From the NCBI RefSeq assembly GCF_030028105.1, contig NC_092379.1:93691488-93755487 (forward strand): a DNA stretch of 64,000 bases, in the 5' to 3' direction. The DNA comes from Mobula birostris (lineage: Eukaryota). Position numbers and translations under genes: made by a program. This document shows positions 1 through 12,012 of the stretch, piece after piece. Numbering within the stretch: the stretch's first letter is position 1; every line of letters begins with the position of its first letter. Below the pieces are notes generated by a model. That model worked only from the letters and a program-made list of their open reading frames with translations. It searched no databases and was not told where the DNA came from.

Positions 1-111
1 TACAAAATAGTTCCATTTTCAGAAACTGGACTTTGCTCTCCTGTTTATTTGAAGTTGGCCCAGCCAGCTGGGCTTTCAAATGCCAGAAGTTTGCAAAACT
101 TTGTGCCTTCT

Positions 112-178
112 TCAGTAACAGCCTTCTTTCCATTTCTCTTCCGTCACAGTGCTGTGCGCCTTCGGTAGTTGCAGAGTT
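112..178 (-). CDS. SLAIN-family exon 8 (terminal, ...KWKEGCY*)
   Basis: ttttattatcag|A ACT CTG...TGG AAA GAA GGC TGT TAC TGA. C-terminal W-x-x-G-C-Y tail as in SLAIN1/2 (CAP-Gly/CLIP-binding). Confidence 0.92.
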
Positions 179-1448
179 CTGATAATAAAAATATTAATTT
201 AGTAATTTAACATTTAGAAAGAAGTTGTAGTCTGCAAATCATTTTGTTTGCTTAAATGAGTGTTCAGCACAAGTGTAAAGATAACCTTAACCATCCCCAC
301 ATACCCTCAGTAAATGAAAGCCAAAAACTGCTGGAAATCTTAAACAAACTAGAAATACTCTGCTTGTCAGGTGAAGATTATAATATTAGAACCGTGGAAG
401 AGAAAGATTTGCTAAATTGAAGACAAGGTCGGGAAAAGAATGGATTTGTCCCAATCCACCCCTCAGCTCGACAACTTAAAGCTATTCTTTTTCTTTCATT
501 GTTTTGACAATTGATGCTCAATCCAAAACATTAGGTGTATAGAATTATAAGAGACATTGATAAAATAGACAGCTAGCATCTTTTACCCCAGGATGACAAT
601 CGCCAATGAGAGGGCATAACTTTATACTTTCTTCCAAACACGTTAGTGGGGATGTCAGCAAAGCTGATTATTGACTTCAGGAGAAGGAAACCGAGGTCCA
701 TGAGCCAGTCCTCATTGAGGATCGGAGGTGGAAAGAGTCAGTGTTCTCTAATGGATCAATTTGAGGGTCCTTGATGCTGCTTTCACAATAGGAATACCTC
801 TAACTACCACATCCCATCTCAGTCTCACATACAGCATACTTTATTGGTGGGGGGGGGCAATGTTCTCACCATTCTGTTCAATATAACAAAGATGAACTCG
901 ATCTTAATTTATTTTGTCATGGCTTTTGCACTTTTCTTGTAACTGTAACACTATTCTGAATCATTATTGCTTTTCCCTATGCACTACCTTAATGTACTTT
1001 ATGGCTTGAAATGATCTGTGTGGTAGGCACGACAAACAAGGTTTTTTCACTGCATCTCAGTACATATGACATTAATAAACTAGTTACTCAACATGCTAGC
1101 ACTCATCTGTCAGTGCAAGTTCCATAAAACTACACATTTTCAAATCTTTCCTCCAATGTGATGATTTCAATCTCCTTCACAATTCATGTTCACCCTTACT
1201 TTCTATCCTCTCATAATCCCACCATCCATAAAAAATGTCCAAACCACATTTAAGGACTCTTTCACCCATGTTCCTAGATCCAGTATCTCATCTAGTCACA
1301 CTACATCCATCTTAACCATAACCAATCCTTTACCACTATTTAATTTCACCCAAGACCCGCAAAGTCTGCCAATAAAGTGATACAAAGAATAAGCATGCAC
1401 TGTCAAGTTATCCCCTTAATTCAAAAATCAATGATACATTAGACTTGC

Positions 1449-1770
1449 CTCCTAGCAGGCTGCAAGAGTTTGCTCTTGGAGACAGTGGTTGTGGCAGTGC
1501 AAGTAACTCGTGATCTGGTTGGGATGCTCCTTGGTACAGGTGCTGAGCTGGAGGATCTTCCAGTGGAGGCAATACTGGTTGAAGTGCCTGAACAAGTGGG
1601 AGACTGGATTCGACGAACAGTACTGGCAGAGCCTGGGTATCCTGTTGGTTTCACTGAATGCCTTGTCGTTAAGGGAGAGTTACTATTAGCAATTGCTTTC
1701 ACTGGCTGTCTGTTAGAGAACGAAGTCTGATTGCCATTACCAGTAAACCTGAGCTTTCCAGCAGGTGGAC
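1449..1770 (-). CDS. SLAIN-family exon 7 (Ser/Pro/basic low-complexity region), GC donor
   Basis: ...RQPVKA...PRSIPTRS...SKLLQPARR. catctag| acceptor; donor AG|gcaagt is required to stay in phase with exon 8. Confidence 0.88.
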
Positions 1771-2239
1771 CTAGATGAAGCAATAGTAGAAATGAATAAG
1801 GCACTAGTTATTCTCTCTCCCTACCATCCCCAAGGTACAGTTTCTATGTAAACAAATTCTGACCACAAGTTATATTTGAAAAACTAGTAATTTTTCAATA
1901 AAATGAACAGTATTACCTTAAGTTTACTAAGCCCCAAGCACAGCCAAATCCATTTTATACTACAAATAAAATTCCATTGAAAATCTATTTAGTCTACCAA
2001 TAAGTAGCTTGCAGTGCTGCAGCACAATTTAAAACCTCTCAATTTGAGCAGTTTCCTTTTTGAATAACCTTGGTCAAAACCAGAAAACAGTGTCTTCTTC
2101 CACTCACCTTTCTTTTTGAAAATATACAATCCATGACCTCACTAGACCACTGCAAGCTAATGTCTACTTTTGAAAAAACACATCTCTAAATAGAAAAATG
2201 ATAAATCCACTTATACATCTGTCATTCTTCTGTTCAACT

Positions 2240-3053
2240 AGAGTGAGGCTTAGAAGGAATGATAGTGCCGAACGGCGACTCCTTTGCTTACATCTTCAGA
2301 AACAGCTCTATTTCTACCTTTAATATCTTCATTTTTCCCTTTCATGTTATTTTGAAGACCCTGACCTGGAGTTACACACAAGCTTCGGTTCTTTGCGGGA
2401 ATGGGACCTGCTCTCAGGCCGCTATTCAACATGCCAAAGGTTTGGCCTGAGAGTTTCAATCACGTTCAGAAGCCTAAGATCTTGGGACTCTGGAGACGAG
2501 TGGATCAAGGGTCAGTGTCACGTCAGGAGACTCATATCGCCAGGGAGGCCGGAAAATCTTTCACTATGGGCCTGAAGACCTGAGGTCTTTGCGATTTTCG
2601 GACACAGAGCTCAGAAAAAGCGACGATATGGACTTTTAACATCATGAACCAGCGGGTTGTCATTATGTCTCCCGCTCGCTGTGAAAATGGGGGACACCCC
2701 CCTCTCCCTTGCCAGGGAGAGAGAGAACCTGCGGTTTGTCGAATTTCGGATGAAATGCGATGCCTTTGGGGTAACTTTGGTCTGTGTCTTTGCTATCACT
2801 TAGCTCACGCCTGGGCTCGGTAGTGGGTGCGCTTTTTTTTGCCGGTGGTGGGGGGTGGAAGGAGGGAGATTGTTGCTCGCTGCCACTTACGTGTGGGAGG
2901 GGGGAGCTGGTGGGGGGGGGGGGTGACTTTGGGGTTCTGACATTTAACTGTTGCTCATTCTTTGGGGCACTTCTGTTTTCATGGATATTTGCGAAGAAAA
3001 AGCATTTCAGGATGTATATTGTATACATTTCTGACATTAAATTTGACCTTTGA
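2240..3053 (+). mobile_element. Unclassified non-autonomous retroposon with LINE-like tail
   Basis: GC-richer block ending TTTCAGGATGTATATTGTATACATTTCTGACATTAAATTTGACCTTTGAA. A related 3' part occurs at about 30030-30340. Confidence 0.5.
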
Positions 3054-3604
3054 AAGTAGTATCAGCACTTTTTCCACCTTTCATTACAACATGGAGCTCA
3101 GGCTTGGATTTTTCCAATTTGCCACAGAAATCCATGTTACTGTCTGAGCTGGTTCAGGTGGCTAAGTCTCTTAGCACTTCATTGCTCTCAGTTACACAAA
3201 TGGTTGAAGGCTCAGAATTTGATCAAGTCTACATTTGCATATTATAACTGCATGCTCTATGATCTTTTTCATGATTTCCACATTAGTTACTTGTGATTGA
3301 GCTTGGCGAAACATCCACCTCAAAGTTTTTTCAAACTAATTTCCATTACAGTGTCAACCAGCTATATAAAATCTGAGGGCACAGTGGTCTTCCCTCTCCC
3401 CAGGAGTTATGGAATCCAAAACTGAGTACATAATTACAAGGTTGGAGTTACAAGGTTCAATAAAAACATGAGGTAACTTTCTTTTCCCTCCCCCAAAAGA
3501 AACAGCAGGTGGTAGATAGGAAACCAACTGCCAGAGGAAGTGGTTGAGATGGGTACAATGGATACATGTGGACAGTTAGATACGCAAGGTCCAATGCCAC
3601 ATAC

Positions 3605-3742
3605 CTGCCGGAGACTGTTGCAACCTTGAGATTCGACTGTTGGGCATTTGCAAATTAGATTCAAAGCTTCGACTGCTTCTACCAGAATCAGAGCATCGAA
3701 TTCCAGTTTTGGCCAGATTAGGCATACTACGACGCATTTCCT
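3605..3742 (-). CDS. SLAIN-family exon 6
   Basis: EEMRRSMPNL matches the SLAIN EKLRRSLPNL motif. cctgacag| acceptor, CAG|gtatgt donor, 138 bp. Confidence 0.9.
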
Positions 3743-4063
3743 CTGTCAGGGAAAGTAACAAGACAAGAGTTTAAACCAAACAGACCTACATACAATTCCA
3801 CTCTCACATTCCTGTGGTCAACTCAAATGCTCTTAGAGTAGCTAAGGATAAACAATATATTATACCTTATTGGAATGCAAATATTGATATTGCATATACA
3901 AAGCAAAAACAAAAATGCAAGAGCACTTGGGCAGAATAGCACTCTCCAACCTCGACAGAAATTATATTCACAAAGATTATATCCATGCTCATTTTGTACT
4001 CTTAAATAAAAGCTCTTGGAGCCCCTCATTCCATTTACCCAATGATTAAAATTGATATCGTAC

Positions 4064-4369
4064 CTTGGTTTTTTGTATAATTCATCAGTTCAGATACACG
4101 ACCCTGCAAACAGCGTCGCGACGGCCGAACTCTTCCTGGGATTGCTGCTCCTCTAACTGGAGATTGTGATCGAGGTGAATTTCGTGGCGAAGGTGAGTAT
4201 CTGTGCATGCTGCGCTGAGATAAAGAGTAATCATACTCATCTTCATCATCTAGACTATAAGTGTCAAACTCCTGATCACTATAGGTACCTCTTCTCAAGG
4301 AATTTAGAGAGGCACTGGAACTACGGCGAGAAGCTGATGCTGAACTGGAGGCGTAGTCCTGACGAAGAC
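4064..4369 (-). CDS. SLAIN-family exon 5
   Basis: SLRQDYAS...[20 protein letters not shown]...[11 protein letters not shown]. tttag| acceptor, CAAG|gtacga donor, 306 bp. Confidence 0.93.
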
Positions 4370-4701
4370 CTAAAAACAAAAAATAAAACAAAAAAAAAAT
4401 CAATGCACAAGATCTCCAATGCCAGCCTATTCCTCCCCCTCTCGATTACCTTCAGTTTCAAACCTCAATGAACTTCAAACACAAAAGACTACAATTGCTG
4501 GAATGTAGTGCAAAAACGAAACTGCTGGGTCAGACAGCATGCATAGAGGCAAAACATTTGCAATTTGAGTAGAAAACCAGTATCTGGCCACACCAAAGTT
4601 CTATCAATATCTATTACCAATATCTGTTATTAATTCACTGTTGCAACTGGGTTGCACCACAATAGAATATATATTAAATGTCACCATGTAATATAATTCT
4701 A

Positions 4702-4932
<231 letters not shown>

Positions 4933-6858
4933 CTACCATTGACTGCATATGAAAGAACAACAAATACTTGGACCGTACTAGAACAGTCAGCTATTGAACT
5001 CTCAACATCACTTCATCAGCCAGACATGCAAAAAAACACAAAGCAACTATATCAAAGTTGAAATACTGTTTTGTTTAAGCCTACAATAGTCCCTCAATGA
5101 TCTAATAAATCACTGCTTGAGAGAGTTCAAACCTCATGCCAGAAATCAGTGCTCCAAGCTCTAGGTTGACACCCACTGCAGTATTCCTCGTTGCTGCACT
5201 GAACAGTTTCTGACCTTTGAATGTTAAGCTACCCTGCCAAGTGAGCACAGGGACTCTGCAACAACTCTTTTGAAGAGCAGCAGGGGTGTTATTTATTTCA
5301 AATTAAAAAAAAAATCTGCTCACTGCCATTTGAAAACATTACTGAATTCAAATTGATTTGTGTTGCTACGTTACAGCAACTACACTTTACTTCATTAGCT
5401 GTAAACTATTTTGGGATAACCAAGTTACCATTTTTCTTTCCTTTATTTCATTCACTGGTTTGGCATTCCTATACTTGTTTAATAATGACTACTTCTCCAT
5501 CCCCCAGCCTTAAACCTATATTAGCCTTTTTAAACAATATACTACTAAGTAATCCAACAGAGCTCAGAGACTTTCATACAATAGGAAAGAAAGTGACTTT
5601 CATAATGCCTTCTACAACCATAGCCCAATACAAAAAAAATGCATAAAACCTGAAGTAGTACCTTTTGAAGTGGAATTGATGTAGGAATGTAGGAAATTTG
5701 GCAGCCAAGTCACACATGCCCACAGATAACAATGAGATAATGACCAAATAATTTATCAAGGAAACTTTTTTTTTGGGTGGGGGGGCTACAGAGCAAAGCA
5801 CCATGAATAACTCTCCAGCTTAAGTAGCATCAACCCACCCAGGAGTGTACAGCATCTATCTAACTTCTTAATGGAATGTAGAAGGCCAAACTTACAGGTT
5901 TATAAAGTTACATGGAACATAGAAAGGTAGTATTTTCCCCCAGGGCAGGCAGGTCTGGAACAAGAATGCACAGGTTTAAGGTGTGGGGGAGAAATCTAAA
6001 AGTACATGCGTCCCACCTCCCCATACAAAAGGTATCAAAAACCAGCTGCCAGTGGAAACAGTTGTAATATTTACAGCATTCGGACAGGTACTTAGATATG
6101 AAATGCAGAGAGATACAGGCCTAATGCTGGTAAATCAGATTAGCATAGATAAGCATTACCATCAACTTGGATGAGGGGTCAGACGTGCCAATTCCTGGGC
6201 TGTATGACTTAGGTTCTTTATGGAAGAAAGGCCAAGACAGTGTAGCACACCCTCTGCACTATGCTCGGACATCAGCAAAAAATCTACCAAATTAGTCGAC
6301 ATGTCTATGGAGAACACACCAGCTTTTGAGTCTGTGGAATAGTGTATCGAAAAGCTGCTGCTAGAGTTAATAGATAGGATTTATTCCTTCAGACAGAGGA
6401 AAAAACTGGAAGTCAAAGATTTTAAATCCTTGGTAAAATATCTAAAGAAAGATAAGAAGTGGCTTTTACTCAATTGTCAGTATCAGAAAGACCACGCAAC
6501 AGGTGAAGAAAGGTTATTCTATAATAATTGCATAAAGGAGAGAGAGTAAACTGCTTTCAAAGAACAAACATCAAGTGCTTTAAAATTTCTATACAAGCCC
6601 TTACAATTCATCCCATTTCATCCTTAACGTACAAACCTTTGAACAAGGCCTTAATTAAAATAGCCAATCTGCAATGTGTAATTTTTCTGTTGCTTTATGG
6701 TAATCAGACAATTGGGTTCTTGGTTGCACAAACTACATTCAGTTCTTTGTTCTAGATATTGACAGGACTCAACTGATTCCAGGACAGAACAATAATGTAG
6801 CACACTGCGATAGTTTCCTACCACGAGTCACCTATCAAAAACAGAAAGCTAAAAGCCT

Positions 6859-7117
6859 TCTCTCTCTCCTTTTTCTCCCTCTGTCCCTCTCACTATACCC
6901 CTTGCCCATCCTCTGGGCTTTCCCCTCCCCTCTTGGCTCCATCCCTCCCCCTCCTGTCTTCCCCTATCATTTTGGATCTCCCCCTCCCACTTTCAAATCT
7001 CTAACTAGCTCTTCTTTCAGTTAGTCCTGATGAAGGGTCTCGGCCCGAAACGTCGACTGTACCTCTTCCTAGAGATGCTGCCTAGCCTGCTGCGTTCACC
7101 AGCAACTTTGATGTGTG
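6859..7117 (+). mobile_element. 5'-truncated Penelope-like 3' end
   Basis: Same 3' module as 28380-28715. TSD AAGCTAA(A/C)AGCCT at 6846-58 / 7118-30. Confidence 0.85.
7023..7058 (+). ncRNA. Minimal type I hammerhead ribozyme motif, intact core
   Basis: AGTC-CTGATGA-A-GGG(TCTCGG)CCC-GAAA-C-GTC-GACT: stem I AGTC/GACT, CUGANGA and GAAA boxes, stem II, GUC cleavage triplet. Confidence 0.8.
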
Positions 7118-7384
7118 AAGCTAACAGCCTCGACTTCCGGCATCTGTACTACATGGATTCAGTATTTAAAAATGATCATGGGACCATAATCCAATAAGAA
7201 TTAGGACTTCAAGAAAGGAAGGTAAGTAATTATTACCAAAAAAAGACTCAGGACCCAAGTACTACATCAGGAAGTTGATTTAACATGCAAATTAAATTAA
7301 CCTGTGCTCCACAGAACATTCTTTAACAAATTGATATATTTTAGAATGTTTGACAGATCAGGAGTGAATAACAAATGCATCACG

Positions 7385-8055
7385 TATAGGTACAGGTACA
7401 GCACAAGAACAGGCCCTTCTGCTCACAATGCTGTGCAGAACCAATTAAATTAGTAATCAAATGGCCAATTAAACTAATCTCTTTTGCCTCCACTAAGTCC
7501 ATATTCTTCCATTTTCCTAACATTCATGTGCCCATCTAAATGTCTGTGATTCTGATTCTAATGCATCTGTCTCTACCACCACCCCAGACAGCACATTCCA
7601 GGTACCCATCACTCTGTAAAAAAAAAAACATGCTCCTCACATCTCATTTGAACTTACCCCGTCTCACCTTAAATGCATGCCCCCAGTATCAGATAATTCA
7701 ACCCAGGGAAAAAGATAATGTCTGCCTTTATCTCTCAATCTTATAAACCTCCATCTGATCACTCCTCCGCCTCCACCACTCCACAGAAAACCACCCAAGT
7801 CTGCCCGAACTCGCATTATAGCACGTCAGTCTAATCCAGGCAGCATCCCTGTAAACCTCTTCCGCACCAGCTCCAAAGCCTCAATATTCTTCCTAAGTGG
7901 GTTAACCAGAATTGTATGCAATACTCCAGATGCAGCCAAACTAAATTTTTATAAAGCTGCAACATAACCTCCTGATGTTTGAACTCAATAACTAAACTAA
8001 TAAAGGCAAGCATGCCAGATGTCTTCTTAACCACCTTATCAACCAGTGCAGCCAT
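7385..8055 (-). mobile_element. CR1 3' fragment
   Basis: GMLAFIS...VMLQLYKNLV..HLEYCIQFW, followed by CR1 3' UTR. Confidence 0.75.
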
Positions 8056-8649
8056 TTTGTATACCTAGATTATTTGAATTTGCTGTAATCTCTCCAGGAC
8101 AGAGGTTAAAGAAACTAAATTTAAGTTCATGTTATTAAGTGGTAATGAACTTGCATGGACTGATAAGTTAGCAGACAAAACAACAGGAATAAACAAATCA
8201 TTTTTCAGGTTGATGACTACACTTACTAGTGATAAAGGGGTTTGTGTTGGAGCAGTAGCTGCTTACAATCTCAGTGACTGGGCTGAGGTGGGGGGTGGGG
8301 AGACAAGTATAATATACACAAATTCACAGGTGGCACAAAGCTAGGTGGCAATGCAGGTTACTGAAGAATCCAGGGAAAACACAGACAGACTGGTGACTGG
8401 ATCAGACATAACAGATGGAATACAATGTGGAAAATTGAGAGTTTGAACATTCCAGTAGAAAAAAGGTTTTAAAAAGTGATAAACTTCTGAGAGACTTGGA
8501 TGACCATGCAGATGAATCAAAGCTAATATACTATTAGAAAAGAGCATGCTGGCCTTTAAAGATTTATGCACAGAATAAAAACATCTTACTGCAATTATAT
8601 GGGACCCTGGTGAGACCCTACTGACAAAACTACGTGTAAGTCTAGTCTC

Positions 8650-9330
8650 CCTAATCAGAAAGTGGCTGCAGGAGAGAAAGAGGTACAAGGTAGTAGGTGA
8701 TAGGTGAAACTGGGAGAGGGGTAGGGGGTGAAATAAAGAGCTGGGAAGTCGATTGGTTGAATGAGATAAAGGGCTGGAGGAGGAATCTGATGGGATAGAA
8801 GACCATGGATAAGGTGAGAGGGGGAAATGGGAATGGTGAAGTGGGGGGGGGGGTAGTTTGAGGGCAATTACCAAAGAACGAAAAATCGATGATCATGCCA
8901 TCAGGTTGGAGGCTACCCAGATGTGCTTGAAGGGATTGCATTGGAGATGGCAGAAGTTACTGAGAATTATATGCTGGACACACAGGATGATGGGGTGGCA
9001 GGCGAGGACAAGAGGAACCCTGTCCCTGATGGGGTGGTGGGTGGACGTGTGTGAAATGGAAGAGATGCAGGTGAGGGCAGCATTGATGGTGGAGGAGGGA
9101 AAGCCCATTTCTTTGAAGGAAATCTCATTAGTTCAGGAATGAAAAGCCTTATCCTGAGTGTAGATGTGGCAGGAACAAAGGAGTTGTGAGAAGGGGATAG
9201 CATTTTTACTCTGACTTCTAATCTCTTTTTTCCAGTCCTGAAGTATCTTGGCCTGAAACATGAACTATTTACTCTTTTCCATAGATGCTTCTGGGCCTGC
9301 TGAGTTCCTCCAGCATTTTGTGTGTGTTAC
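8650..9330. mobile_element. Penelope-like fragments (minus GIY-YIG region, plus-strand tail)
   Basis: LGSLQPDGMIIDF and RDRVPLVL..HP motifs on the minus strand; plus-strand tail at about 9205-9330. Confidence 0.7.
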
Positions 9331-10021
9331 TGTAAGAACTCAGCCAGTCCAGCAGTATCTGTACAAAGAAAAACTACATCTGATGAAAACTCTATGATCC
9401 TAAACGTCAACTGGCTTCTCTTTCCATAGATGCTGCTTGACTAATTGACTAATTGAGTTGTTGCAAAATTTCTGTTTTTTCCCCACAGAACTGACCATTC
9501 ATGACAGAAGAAATTTCTTCAAAGAGGAAAACAGAAGACCAGTCATTGAATATATTCAAGACTGATAAGATTTTCGGATAGAGAGTATCAAGAGAAATGA
9601 GGACAGTTCAGGGGAACGTGACACAGGTAAAAAAATTTAGCCTTTATTTTGTTGACTGGTGCAGAAGGCACAAGGGGTAAGTGGCTAATCCTATATTCTT
9701 AAATACTAAAATTCCAATTAAACCCACAACACTGATAACTTGTACATATAATTTGGCCTTAAGTTTCCAGCTCAAGATTCAAATATTCTATTTTGAAAGA
9801 AGTGTTTAACTGTACCATACCAGCAAGTTTTTTTTGATAAAAGCCATGCAAACTAACCAAAAAGCAAATTTCCATGCAATTAATCTCAAATCTTACACTG
9901 ACAAAACCTGGAAGAAGGTCCAACACAACATGCATCATTCTGCATAAAGGGAAGAGCAACATTAATAATTGCAAATGGTCCATAAAAAACTATATTTCAT
10001 GAACGGACAGGTATACTGTAC

Positions 10022-10171
10022 CTGAACTGCCATAGGTTAGTACTGTTTTAGTAGATGCTTTGAGGAAACCAGTAGAGTTTAAGAGATTGCTACACGAAGT
10101 GACATCTGTATTGGAGCTATAAGCAGAGGATGAGGGAAACGAAGTGCAATAGATGTTTCTCCATCTGTTGG
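10022..10171 (-). CDS. SLAIN-family exon 3
   Basis: Acceptor ttttccactctag|CC and donor TCAG|gtacag. 150 bp, phase 1-1, ANRWRNIYC...LTYGSSG. Confidence 0.85.
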
Positions 10172-11671
10172 CTAGAGTGGAAAAGCACAAATGCATGCAC
10201 AGTTAGATACAAATGCAAAATGCATGAAGTAATATTGGCACGATACTTTAAAAAAAAACTTGCTTAGGCTTGGATCCACATTTAGACGACAGTGGAGATA
10301 CTCACATTGGCTTCTAAAAGGAAATGAACCAGTTTGGGTTTTTTTTTTGCCCCAAATTTTACACCAATGAGAATCTCGTGTTGTTCCTTATAATTTTGAA
10401 GCATTTAGCAAAAATGGCTATAGTCAGAAACTGTCAAATACAAGTAGATTAATCTCACCCATATCACAGGTCTGCTTAAGCACCATCAATCTACACCACA
10501 CCATACTTACTGCAAGTTAAAACCTTCCCCAAATTGAATATAACAAAATTAAAGCATTCAGCAATACTTACCACAAACACTATTAGAGTAATAGTAATTC
10601 CCTACCGGCTTAATAACATTACTGCTCTTGCAAGATTATCTTGTGTCAAGAATAACCCATGAAGAACCCGTTCACCAAGGGCTCTACATGTTGAGTTAGC
10701 ATCAATGACAAGATTGACAACATGCAGGCAGCGATGTTCCACCTTAATACCATTTCATTATTGCAAGCTATGGATTAGATTGCTTTTGCAGTGGTTACAA
10801 CCTGCAGTGCATACAAGGCATATCATATTTGAAGCTGGCAACAATGAAAAACCCAGCATTCGAGAAATCTGGAAGAAAAGGCATAGAGTAAATCAGTAAT
10901 TAAAAAGTTGAGCTAGTTAGTTAGGAATGACAAGAAAATACATTAGCATCCTTTAACACCAGGGTTAATGGTCAACTAATAGCACTGCAACAAGTTACAG
11001 ATACCAACTGAAGTGTTCTGGATTGTTTAGGATATAGGATTAACAACTGGATAGCTAAGTAATCACCTTATTACTCTAAATCAAAAAAAAATCAGACCTG
11101 GCATAAGGTTTTGAATGGTTCTCTAATGCTTGCCCATCAATCATGTTCTTTCTAATATTATCTTTCAACCCATGTTTTCAACCAATCTCCTGCACAACTC
11201 CTTACTTTTGCTCTGCGCACTAGTGCTGAACTTCGACTTCTTCATCCATTTCTGCAGTTCAGTAATCAAGTCCTGTCTTCAGTTAGGTATGAGAGAAGTG
11301 TGGATCCACACTTCTTTGAATACTGTTTGGCTTTCGACGGTTTTATTAGGATTATTTTTGGGAGTTAAGCATATTATCAGGCCAATACTTCAGTGCAGTG
11401 CTAAAGGAGTTCAATTTTGTAATGGTGCCATTATTCAGTGCTCCTTCAAATTTTAATCACAGAGGGCACCTGAAGTGCTCTTTGGAGGGCAAAATTATCC
11501 TGAATTACTTACCACCAACAATACAGAGGTTAATAGACATTCATCATGATTTCACAAAACCAGACATTTACGACCAAGATAAAATTCTCCCTTATTGGAG
11601 TAAATCCAGTCAAAATTACAAATTTGTAACAATTGCTTATGGAGCTTATCCATCCTGCACACATAACCTAC

Positions 11672-11817
11672 CTTGATCAAGTCGGCACATAAGACTGCGG
11701 CAAGCAGCTTCAGTTTCTGGGCTAGGATGATCGAGCACCTGTCTGCACCATTTCAGAGGATTTTGCACCTTATGATCTCGGTCTGTTGTTGCTGTCTTCT
11801 TTGGTGAAACATATAAC
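11672..11817 (-). CDS. SLAIN-family exon 2
   Basis: aag|G TTA TAT... translates (W)LYVSPKKTATTDRDHKVQNPLKWCRQVLDHPSPETEAACRSLMCRLDQ, the conserved WLY.SPKK / WCRQVLD.PSP block. Donor G|gtaggt. 146 bp, phase 2 to 1. Not in the ORF track. Confidence 0.93.
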
Positions 11818-12012
11818 CTTCATAAAAACAAAGTGAAAGCTCTTTCTCTCAGTCCATCAACTTTGGAAGAAAGTTTACTTTTGCAGCAGCTAGTATTAAA
11901 CAAGGAAAGGAATGGGATTTAATTCTGATACCCAATACCCTTGTATCTCCATCAACATGAAGAATGCAGGCACTCTAGTAAATGATGTTGGACCGTGTAG
12001 AGTACTGGCTTG

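Noticed and set aside
10306-10313. Possible SLAIN microexon (tag|AAGCCAAT|gtgagt on the minus strand)
   Set aside because: Good-looking splice sites, but 8 nt breaks the phase between exons 2 and 3 and there is no other support.
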